A stretch of 24,885 nt of DNA. It comes from a virus. Its lineage: Duplodnaviria; Caudoviricetes. The position numbers and the translations under genes are program-made. The notes under the pieces are model-generated. The model saw only the letters and a program-made list of their open reading frames with translations. It searched no databases and was not told the DNA's origin. The stretch spans positions 1 to 24,885 of the IMG/VR virus record IMGVR_UViG_3300017910_000372; one strand, given 5' to 3'. This document shows, piece after piece, positions 5,285-13,357 of the stretch. The first letter of the stretch is position 1. Each line of letters begins with the position of its first letter.

Positions 5285-6897
5285 TGGACTTTCAAGACAC
5301 GGACGCGATCTTCAAACGCTACGAGCGAATGAAGAGCAATCGCGGCACATGGGAATCGCACTGGGAAGAGATTGCAGAACGAGTACTGCCCCGGTCAGCA
5401 GAGTTTACTGGCGACCGCACGGCTGGCGACAAAAGAACCCAGAAAGTATTCGATGCCACAAGCGCGCTTGCATTGGAGCGTTTTGCCGCTGCCGTCGAAA
5501 GTTTGCTGACGCCGCGCGGCGCAAAGTGGCACACGCTCAGAGCGAGCGACATGGACTTGAACCAGATACCCGAGGTGGCTGGTTACTTTGATGCTGTAGA
5601 GAATATTCTATTTCATTATCGCTACGCCCCGCGCAGTAACTTCTCATCGCAGATGCATGAGAGCTACATGTCGTTGGGGGCGTTCGGCACGGGCGGCGTC
5701 TACATAGATGAGATGGCGACGGAAGGCTTCCGGTATCGCTCTGTGCATCTTGCCGACATGTATATTGCGGAGAACGAACACGGCATCATCGATACTGTTT
5801 ATCGACGCATGAACTGCACCGCGCGTCAGGCGGTCATGATGTTCCCTGACGGCAACTTCTCAAAGGAGTTGACGGACAAGGCAGACGACAATCCGGACGA
5901 GCGTGTAGAGTTGATCCACGTTGTCGCGCCCCGCAGTGATCGTGATACATCCAAGCGTACCCGCGAGAACATGGAGTTTGGCAGCGGGTACTATGAGGTG
6001 AAGACGAAGTCGCTGATTGAAGAGGGCGGGTTTACCAACTTCCCCTACGTCATCAGCCGCTACGTTACGACATCGCGTGAGGTATACGGCCGCTCACCAG
6101 CCATGCTGGTCTTGCCAGACATCAAAATGTTGAACCAGATGTCTCGCGTTACGATCCGCGCGGGTGAGAAGGTTGTCGATCCGCCCCTGTTGATTGCGGA
6201 CGACGGCGTCATCTTGCCGGTCAATACGCGTGCAGGCGGTGCAACGTTTGCACGATTAGACGGACGGCAGCAGCCGCCGATACAGCCGTTAAACACGGGC
6301 GGCCGTCCTGACATTGGCGAGGAGATGATGGAGCGGCGGCGTCGCACGATCAACGACGCGTTCCTTGTCACGCTGTTTCAGATACTTGTCGACAGCCCAC
6401 AAATGACGGCGACCGAAGTGTTGCAACGCGCCCAGGAGAAGGGTGCCTTGTTAGCGCCTACCGTGGGTCGCCAACAGTCAGAGATGCTTGGGCCGCTTAT
6501 CGAACGTGAGATTACGATCCTTGCTGACCAAGGACTGCTGCCACCTGTACCGGAAGCGTTGCAGGATGCGGAGTACAAGATCGAGTATGTCAGTCCGTTG
6601 TCTCGCGCGATGAAGAGTGAAGAGGGCGTGGGCATCTTGCGGACGCTAGAGATGGTGCAGCCGATTGCAGCGGTGGACCCAAGCGTCATGGACAACTTTG
6701 ACTTTGATGAGATCACGCGTGTGTTGGCCGATGTGAACGGCGTTCCACAGCGTATCCTCAAGAGTCCGGATAACATCGATGCCCAGCGACAAGCGCGGGC
6801 GCAGCAAGAACAGACGCAGCAGTTATTGGCCGCGGCTCCGCAGGCTGCTGATGCTGCACTGAAGGTGAGTCAGATCAGTCAGGCTGCACAACGTTGA
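5284..6897 (+). CDS. Portal / head-tail connector protein (T7 gp8 / BPP-1-like)
   Basis: 537 aa; R.TWESHWEEIAE.VLP, FGTG, EVYGRSPAM..LPDIKMLN, PQMTATEVLQR..EK...L.P, IEYVSPL. Confidence 0.95.
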   Translation: MDFQDTDAIFKRYERMKSNRGTWESHWEEIAERVLPRSAEFTGDRTAGDKRTQKVFDATSALALERFAAAVESLLTPRGAKWHTLRASDMDLNQIPEVAGYFDAVENILFHYRYAPRSNFSSQMHESYMSLGAFGTGGVYIDEMATEGFRYRSVHLADMYIAENEHGIIDTVYRRMNCTARQAVMMFPDGNFSKELTDKADDNPDERVELIHVVAPRSDRDTSKRTRENMEFGSGYYEVKTKSLIEEGGFTNFPYVISRYVTTSREVYGRSPAMLVLPDIKMLNQMSRVTIRAGEKVVDPPLLIADDGVILPVNTRAGGATFARLDGRQQPPIQPLNTGGRPDIGEEMMERRRRTINDAFLVTLFQILVDSPQMTATEVLQRAQEKGALLAPTVGRQQSEMLGPLIEREITILADQGLLPPVPEALQDAEYKIEYVSPLSRAMKSEEGVGILRTLEMVQPIAAVDPSVMDNFDFDEITRVLADVNGVPQRILKSPDNIDAQRQARAQQEQTQQLLAAAPQAADAALKVSQISQAAQR

Positions 6898-7136
6898 CGA
6901 CACAGCGACAGCTAATTGAAGCCTATCGGCATGTGTTTATGGCAGTGCCGGAAGGTCAAGTGGTGTTGCGGGATATGATGAAAGCCTCTGGCCTGTTTAC
7001 GGTCACAGGCGTCCGCAGCCCCGAAGAGGTTCAGCATCTGGAAGGAACGCGCGACATGGTACGTCGCATCATTTCGTTCCTAAGTCTTGATGACGAACAG
7101 GTAATGAAAATTGGAATAGGAGTTATCGATGAGTGA
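6894..7136 (+). CDS. Bbp19-like small protein
   Basis: TTG start overlapping the portal stop. AYR.VF...EG..VL.D and EG.R..V..I motifs; conserved position between portal and scaffold. Confidence 0.75.
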   Translation: MTTQRQLIEAYRHVFMAVPEGQVVLRDMMKASGLFTVTGVRSPEEVQHLEGTRDMVRRIISFLSLDDEQVMKIGIGVIDE

Positions 7137-7965
7137 GGAAGGGTCCGTTCTTGCAACGGGTAACCCTGTAGAGACACAGGGCGAAGAGGAAGTTGCAGCG
7201 GTTGCTGCAACGTCAGAATTAACATCACCCGAGTGGGTCAGCGACGAATACAGATCGTTCGTTGACAACAAGGGTTGGAAGAGTGCGGACGACGCATTGA
7301 AGTCTTATGTCAATCTGGAAAGGCAGATTGGTCAGGACCGCGTAGCGCTTCCCAGCGAGGGCGACGATGTCGCTAACTGGGAAGGGTGGTCGCGGTTAGG
7401 AACACCGGAGACGGCAGACGGCTACGAGTTAAACGTTCCGCAAGGGTACGAAGATTATTCGTCAGACCTGTCCGATTGGTTCCGTCAAGAAGCGCACGCG
7501 GCAAAGCTGCCAGCGCATATGGCACAGCGTCTTCACGATGCATATGTGCAACGCATGATGGATGGTCAGTCCGACGCGGTGTTGGATCAGCAGCGCCAGT
7601 TCGAGGACTGGGGCAACGAGATGAAGAAGGAGTATGGCACGGCATACGACGAGAAGGTTGGTATGGCTCGTCGTGCTGTTCGCGCTTTTGGCTCCGATCA
7701 ATTGTCAGACTTGTTGAACAACACAGGTCTTGGCAATCATCCGGAAATGATCCGCGCGTTTGCCAAGATCGGTGCAGAACTTAGCACCAGCAACCAGTTC
7801 AAGGACGCGGAAGAAGCTGGGTCATTTGGAATGACGCCAGAAGATGCCCGCGCAGAGATTGCAAGAATTCGGAGCCACCCAGGCTTGATGGACAAGGGAG
7901 ACCCTGAGAACCGCGTTCTGAACGAGCGTCTTACTCAGTTGTATGAACTTGCCAATCCCGAGTAG
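7129..7965 (+). CDS. Capsid scaffolding protein
   Basis: Acidic and helical; KSYVNLER.IG, LG.PE..DGYEL, GLGNHPEMIRAFAKIG; lies just before the capsid gene. Confidence 0.85.
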   Translation: MSEEGSVLATGNPVETQGEEEVAAVAATSELTSPEWVSDEYRSFVDNKGWKSADDALKSYVNLERQIGQDRVALPSEGDDVANWEGWSRLGTPETADGYELNVPQGYEDYSSDLSDWFRQEAHAAKLPAHMAQRLHDAYVQRMMDGQSDAVLDQQRQFEDWGNEMKKEYGTAYDEKVGMARRAVRAFGSDQLSDLLNNTGLGNHPEMIRAFAKIGAELSTSNQFKDAEEAGSFGMTPEDARAEIARIRSHPGLMDKGDPENRVLNERLTQLYELANPE

Positions 7966-8043
7966 CGGATAAGGCGAAAGCCCCCGCAGAGACACGCCGG
8001 AGAGACGGCGACCAAAGACGTGCCGGGTTACCGATAACACGTT
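7965..8043 (+). promoter_or_regulatory. Three-hairpin cis-regulatory RNA element upstream of the major capsid gene
   Basis: GCGG-ATAA-GGC[GAAA]GCC-C-CCGC (7965-7987), CGCCG[GAGAGA]CGGCG (7995-8010) and ACGTG-C-CGG[GTTA]CCG-ATAA-CACGT (8018-8042). Confidence 0.65.
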
Positions 8044-8081
8044 GCCAACCCCTGTTTAAACCTTAACGCTAGGAGAAGCAC

Positions 8082-8963
8082 ATGTCTGTGCAAATTACTA
8101 CGGCGTTCGTTGAACAGTATCGGGGTAATGTCGAACATCTCGTTCAGCAGAAAGGTTCGCGTTTGCGTGACACGGTTCGTCTTGAAACGGTCACCGGCAA
8201 GAATGCTTTCTTTGAGCAACTGGGTTCGACAACCGCCTCGAAACGGACGAGCCGCCACAGCGACACTCCCAGACTAGATGTACCCCACGCAAGGCGTCGG
8301 GTATCGCTAGTCGACTATGACTGGGCCGACCTTATCGATTCCGAGGATAAAATTCGGACTTTGATCGATCCGGCCGGACCTTATGCCGAAAACGCGGCCT
8401 TCGCTTTGGGACGCGCGATGGATGATGAAATCATTGAAGCTGCTGATGGCACTGCCTTCACTGGCGTCGATGGATCAACGTCTACGGCTTTCGATACGAA
8501 CAACGTTGTCGACGTTCAAGTCGGCGGCAGTTCTTCTGATGTTGGATTGAACGTGGCAAAGCTACGCGCCGCAAAAGAAATCCTCGACGCATCGGATATC
8601 GATCCGGAAATCGAACGGTACTGCCTCGTCAACGCCAAACAGCTTAAAAACCTGTTGGGTGAGACGGAAATATCGAGTTCGGATTTCAACACCGTGAAGG
8701 CGTTAGTTCAAGGTGAAGTGGATACATTTTTGTCGTTTTCCTTCATCCGTACACAACGCATTGGTGTTGATACCAACAGTGACCACAAGGTTCTGTTCTA
8801 CGCCAAGCCGGGCATTTGCCTTGCTGTTGGTGCAGAGCCGACTGTCCGCATAAGTGAGCGTGACGATAAAAATTATGCCCAGCAAGTTTTTGCGAGCATG
8901 ACTATCGGAGCGACGCGTATGCAGGAAGACCTTGTCGGTTACATTGAATGTGACCCGAGCTAG
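8082..8963 (+). CDS. Major capsid protein (HK97 fold, BPP-1-like podovirus type)
   Basis: AGGAG RBS. MS.QITTAFVEQY..NV..L.QQKGSRLR, RHSDTP, ALGRAMDD.II, DFNTVKALVQGE, ATRM.E. Confidence 0.92.
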   Translation: MSVQITTAFVEQYRGNVEHLVQQKGSRLRDTVRLETVTGKNAFFEQLGSTTASKRTSRHSDTPRLDVPHARRRVSLVDYDWADLIDSEDKIRTLIDPAGPYAENAAFALGRAMDDEIIEAADGTAFTGVDGSTSTAFDTNNVVDVQVGGSSSDVGLNVAKLRAAKEILDASDIDPEIERYCLVNAKQLKNLLGETEISSSDFNTVKALVQGEVDTFLSFSFIRTQRIGVDTNSDHKVLFYAKPGICLAVGAEPTVRISERDDKNYAQQVFASMTIGATRMQEDLVGYIECDPS

Positions 8964-8975
8964 GAGGATTAGACC

Positions 8976-9455
8976 ATGGGTACGAAAAACTCCACGCTCA
9001 TTAGCAACTTTGAAGCTACACCCCCTGTGATGAACGATGTCTCTCTGCTGCATGGCGTTATGCGTGTAGCCCAGGGAACCATCGCTCTAGGCACTGGAGA
9101 CAGCGATAACGATGATATCGTGATGTTGGCTCCCATTCCCTCGAACGCGACTGTCGCGCACATCTTTATCGCCTCTGATACCTTTGGCGGTAGCTGTACT
9201 TTCAACGTGGGCATCTACACAGATGCCGGTGTTGTCAAAGACGAAGATGTTTTTGCCACAGCGGTTGCTGACGCGGCTGCTATGGCAGACGTTCGCTTTG
9301 AGGCGGCAGACATCAACACTGCCGGTCAAAAGATGTATCAACTTGCTGGGGATTCGACTGACCCTGGCGGGTACTACTACATCGCTGCCACCATGGCAGC
9401 AGCAGGCGGTACTGCCGGTGATATGAGTTTTATCATTCACTACACCGTCTCGTAA
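8976..9455 (+). CDS. Capsid cement/decoration protein
   Basis: 159-aa beta-rich acidic protein with a strong AGGAGG RBS, between the capsid gene and the terminator. Confidence 0.7.
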   Translation: MGTKNSTLISNFEATPPVMNDVSLLHGVMRVAQGTIALGTGDSDNDDIVMLAPIPSNATVAHIFIASDTFGGSCTFNVGIYTDAGVVKDEDVFATAVADAAAMADVRFEAADINTAGQKMYQLAGDSTDPGGYYYIAATMAAAGGTAGDMSFIIHYTVS

Positions 9456-9460
9456 TTGAT

Positions 9461-9489
9461 GAGGGGGGCTTCGGCCCCCCTCTTCTTTT
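9461..9489 (+). terminator. Rho-independent terminator after the capsid genes
   Basis: GAGGGGGGC-TTCG-GCCCCCCTC followed by TTCTTTT (cUUCGg tetraloop). Confidence 0.9.
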
Positions 9490-9498
9490 GAGGTTCAA

Positions 9499-10056
9499 AT
9501 GGCTTCCACGACATTCGTAAGTATCAGCAATCGTGCGCTGACGTTTTTGGGCGCACAACCAATCACATCGCTGGAAGACGACACAAAGGAAGCACGCGCT
9601 TGTAACCGTATGTTTGAGCAATCGCGCGACCAAGTGCTTCGCAGTCATGCGTGGAACTTTGCAGTTAAGCGTGCTTCGCTTGCTGCAAATACGACGGCAC
9701 CGATTTGGGAATACACCAATGCATTTGATTGGCCGTCTGATTGTCTGCGTGTAATCGAATGCAATACGCTCGAAGAGTGGGCGATTGAAGGTCGATCAAT
9801 CGTCAGTAACGCAGCCGCTCCACTTGAAATAATATACATCAGCGAAGTGACGGACCCGACGTTGTTCGACGCGTTGTTCGTTGAAACTTACGCTCTGCGT
9901 CTTGCTGCCGATATTGCCTACGAGATTACAGCGAGCCAGCAAATCCTGTCGAATATGGAAGAACTTTATCGTCGCAAGATTGCAGACGCGCGCGTTGTTG
10001 ACGCGCAAGAAGCGCAGCCTGTGGACGAAACAGACTTCTTGGAATCCAGAATTTAG
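9499..10056 (+). CDS. Tail tubular protein A / adaptor (T7 gp11-like)
   Basis: I.NRAL..LG...I.SL, RD.VLRSH.WNFA.KR..L, P.DCLRV, FDALF. Confidence 0.9.
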   Translation: MASTTFVSISNRALTFLGAQPITSLEDDTKEARACNRMFEQSRDQVLRSHAWNFAVKRASLAANTTAPIWEYTNAFDWPSDCLRVIECNTLEEWAIEGRSIVSNAAAPLEIIYISEVTDPTLFDALFVETYALRLAADIAYEITASQQILSNMEELYRRKIADARVVDAQEAQPVDETDFLESRI

Positions 10057-12747
10057 ATGTCGCGCGTCACTGCAATACAAACGAACTTTACCGCAGGGCA
10101 GCTATCCCCGCGCTTGTTCGGCCGTGTTGATCTTAGCAAGTACGCCAACGGTGCTGCGGAAATCACAAATCTGATTGTGCAGCCCCACGGCGGCGTGACG
10201 CGACGGCCCGGCACAAAGTTCATCAATGAGGTAAAGACCAGCAGTGCCAAAACAAAACTGCTACCTTTCGAGTTTAGCACGGTGCAGGCGTATTGCGTGG
10301 AAGCGGGCAACCAATACTTTCGGTTCTTCAAGGATCAGGGTGTCATCCTTGAAGCAAACAAAACGATTAGCGGACTGACAAAAGCAAACCCTGGTGTTGT
10401 GACAGCGACAAGCCACGGGTTCAGCAATGGCGATCTTGTCTTCATCTCATCCGTCGGTGGTATGACGGAAGTTAATAACAAATATTTCAAGGTCGCCAAC
10501 AAAGGAACGAACACTTTTGAACTGCAAGATGTGGACGGTAACAACGTCAACACATCAGGGTTCACGACATATACCAGCGGCGGCACAGCAGCGCGCGTTG
10601 TTGAGATAGCAACCCCCTACGCAACCGCTGATCTGTTCTCCATCCAGTACGCGCAAACGGCAGACGTTATGTACTTGGTGCATCCGTCTTACGCACCGCG
10701 CAAGCTGTCGCGCACAAGCCATACCAACTGGACGTTGACCGAAGTCGATCTGCAAGATGGTCCGTATCTTGATGAGAATATAACGACAACGACACTTGAC
10801 AGTGACGGCACAACCGGTAGCGTCACAATCACAGCTTCTGCGGTAACAGGCATCAATGGCGGTGATGGTTTTCTGTCAACGGATGTCGGTCGGCTGATCC
10901 GCATCGGGCATCAGGCAAGTGAATGGTCTGGATCTGCATCCTTCAGCGTCGGCGACATTCGTCGTAACAGCGGCAACGTTTACGAGTGTATTAAAGCGGG
11001 AACGTCCGCTAGTTCGGGTGGTCCAAGCGGTGAACTTGATTCGATTGTTGATGGAAGTGTCAGTTGGAAGTTCATAGACGACGGCGGCATTCATCATGGC
11101 AACGCAACGATAACGGCCGTCAACTCAACAACTGAGGTCGCCGCAACCGTCAACAAAAACTTTGCCGCGCACACAGCAGAGACCCGGTGGAGTTTGGGAG
11201 CGTTTAGCAGCACGACCGGCTTCCCATCAGCCGTGGCATTCTTTGAGCAACGATTATTCTTTGCTGGCACGACAGACCAACCGCAGACAATCTTTGCCAG
11301 CCGCAGCGGCGACTTTGAAAACTTTGCACCGTCAGCGTTAGACGATGGTGCGATTACGGTTACGATTGCAACCGATCAGGTCAACTCTATCCGCTGGCTG
11401 TCGCCCGGTCAGAAGATGGCAATCGGTACCGCAGGCGGCGAGTTTACGTTTTCGTCGTCAGGTAATGAAGAGGCTGTGACGCCAACAAACCTACGCGTGC
11501 TGCGGCAGGGTACAAGAGGCGTTCACGCAACGCGGCCGGTTCGCATTGATAACCGCGTACTGTTTATTCAGTTTCACCAGCGCAAGCTGCGTGAGTTGGC
11601 TTTTGATTTTGCGTCAGACAGTTTTGTCTCACCTGACTTGACGATCTTGTCCGAGAACGTATCCGGCGATGGTCTTGTTGAGATGACGTTTCAACAGGAG
11701 CCAGACAGCGTTATCTGGGCAGCGCGCGACGATGGGCGTTTGGCTGGCTTAACATATCTACGCGATCAAGAAGTTGTCGCATGGCATGAGCATGTCATCG
11801 GCGGAAACATTTCAAGCAGTTTCAACTCAGCCAGTTCTGTCGCAAGCAATCAAATTACAATTAGCAGTCATGGGTATTCGACGGGAGACGCCGTTGTCTA
11901 TGACGCAGCGGGTGGTGAAGTTGTCGGCGGATTGACAGATGGACAAACGTATTTTGTTTTCGTCGTAGACAGCAACACTATCAGTTTAGCGGCAAGCGTA
12001 GCCCAATCAGAAATCGGTGCGGTCATTACGCTGGCGGATGCGTCAAGCGCTTCAACGCAATTTTTGAAGCAAGACGCAAAAGTAGAAACAGTCACAAGCA
12101 TCTCCGGTACGAATGAAGATGAACTGTGGATGATTGTGCAGCGAACCGTTAACGGTGTAACGCGTCGATATGTGGAGGTGCTGACAACTAAGTTCGATAC
12201 GTTTCGCGGTAGCACAAAGGTTGGTTCCGTTTTTGTGGACAGCAGCCTAACGTATGATGGGACTGCTACCAGCACACTAAGTGGTCTTGACCATTTAGAA
12301 GCAGAGACGGTTTCAATTTTGGGTAATGGCTCTGTTTATGCTGACCGCGCTGTCAGCAGCGGCGCAATAACTTCAATCTCGCCAACTGTGACCCGCGCGT
12401 CTGTTGGGCTTCCATATACGTCAACATTGAAAACGTTACGCCCCGAAAAGGGTGGCGACGACGGCAGCGCGCAGGGGCGGCCGAAGCGGGTGTTTGAAAC
12501 GACCTTTCGCTTCCTCGACACGCTTGGCGCTGAATATGCGCCAGGAACCAGTACCAGTTTTGACACGGTGCAATTCCGAGAAGGTTCAACGCCAATGGAT
12601 ATATCACCCGCCTTATTCAGCGGTGATAAGACTGTGCAGTTCCACGGCAGTTGGGAGACTGAAGGTCAAGTGCAAGTGCGGCAGACGCAGCCGCTTCCGT
12701 TTGAATTAACCTCCATTGTCACGCGCATCGTGACGCATTCGGGGTAG
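10057..12747 (+). CDS. Tail tubular protein B / nozzle (T7 gp12-like) with inserted domains
   Basis: QTNFTAGQLSPRL.GR.D..KY, GG..RRPGT, YAQTADVMYLVHP, GFPSAVAFFEQRL.FAG, QEVVAWH.H, VGLPY. Confidence 0.92.
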   Translation: MSRVTAIQTNFTAGQLSPRLFGRVDLSKYANGAAEITNLIVQPHGGVTRRPGTKFINEVKTSSAKTKLLPFEFSTVQAYCVEAGNQYFRFFKDQGVILEANKTISGLTKANPGVVTATSHGFSNGDLVFISSVGGMTEVNNKYFKVANKGTNTFELQDVDGNNVNTSGFTTYTSGGTAARVVEIATPYATADLFSIQYAQTADVMYLVHPSYAPRKLSRTSHTNWTLTEVDLQDGPYLDENITTTTLDSDGTTGSVTITASAVTGINGGDGFLSTDVGRLIRIGHQASEWSGSASFSVGDIRRNSGNVYECIKAGTSASSGGPSGELDSIVDGSVSWKFIDDGGIHHGNATITAVNSTTEVAATVNKNFAAHTAETRWSLGAFSSTTGFPSAVAFFEQRLFFAGTTDQPQTIFASRSGDFENFAPSALDDGAITVTIATDQVNSIRWLSPGQKMAIGTAGGEFTFSSSGNEEAVTPTNLRVLRQGTRGVHATRPVRIDNRVLFIQFHQRKLRELAFDFASDSFVSPDLTILSENVSGDGLVEMTFQQEPDSVIWAARDDGRLAGLTYLRDQEVVAWHEHVIGGNISSSFNSASSVASNQITISSHGYSTGDAVVYDAAGGEVVGGLTDGQTYFVFVVDSNTISLAASVAQSEIGAVITLADASSASTQFLKQDAKVETVTSISGTNEDELWMIVQRTVNGVTRRYVEVLTTKFDTFRGSTKVGSVFVDSSLTYDGTATSTLSGLDHLEAETVSILGNGSVYADRAVSSGAITSISPTVTRASVGLPYTSTLKTLRPEKGGDDGSAQGRPKRVFETTFRFLDTLGAEYAPGTSTSFDTVQFREGSTPMDISPALFSGDKTVQFHGSWETEGQVQVRQTQPLPFELTSIVTRIVTHSG

Positions 12748-12750
12748 TCA

Positions 12751-13350
12751 ATGTGTGAGCCAACGACAGCCGCTATAGCGTTAAGTGCTGTTGGCACAGC
12801 CGTCAGCGCTTACGGCCAGTACCAGCAGGGCAAGGCGCAAGAAGCAAATTTGAAATATCAAGCGCGTTTGCAAGAGTACAATGCGAAGGTTGCCGAGAAT
12901 AACGCCATCCTAGCGCGTCAAGCAGCAGAAGCTGATGCAGATACTATTGACCGTCAAAGAAAGGTTGCGCTGGCGAAACAGGCGGCGGGCTTCGCGGCAG
13001 CGGGTGTAACGATTAACGAAGGCAGCACTCTTGATGTGTTGGGCGACACGGCGGCTGAATTTGAGATGGACAGGCTCAACCGATTGCATCAAGGGCAACT
13101 GGGTGCAAACGCGGCAACCATACAAGCTCAACAAGACCGCGCAAATGCCGTGGGTTTATTGGCGCAGGGCAGGCAAGCCGCAGCGGCTGGGCGCACAGCA
13201 GCGTTCGGAACTGTGTTGGCAGGCGGTGCAAAATTAGCTGGCAACATTCCGTCGTCCTCACCGACGCCAAGTGTGCGAACAGTTCCTGTTCCCGGTCCTC
13301 TTAGCGCTGCGTCTGGCGTAAGCATGTTCCCCAGCGCTGGCCCACCATAG
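12751..13350 (+). CDS. Internal virion/ejection protein (T7 gp14-like), Met-Cys start
   Basis: MCEPTTAAIALSAVGTAVSAYGQYQQGKAQ; Ala/Gln-rich helices; AAAGV....GS.LD motif. Confidence 0.8.
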   Translation: MCEPTTAAIALSAVGTAVSAYGQYQQGKAQEANLKYQARLQEYNAKVAENNAILARQAAEADADTIDRQRKVALAKQAAGFAAAGVTINEGSTLDVLGDTAAEFEMDRLNRLHQGQLGANAATIQAQQDRANAVGLLAQGRQAAAAGRTAAFGTVLAGGAKLAGNIPSSSPTPSVRTVPVPGPLSAASGVSMFPSAGPP

Positions 13351-13357
13351 GAAAACA

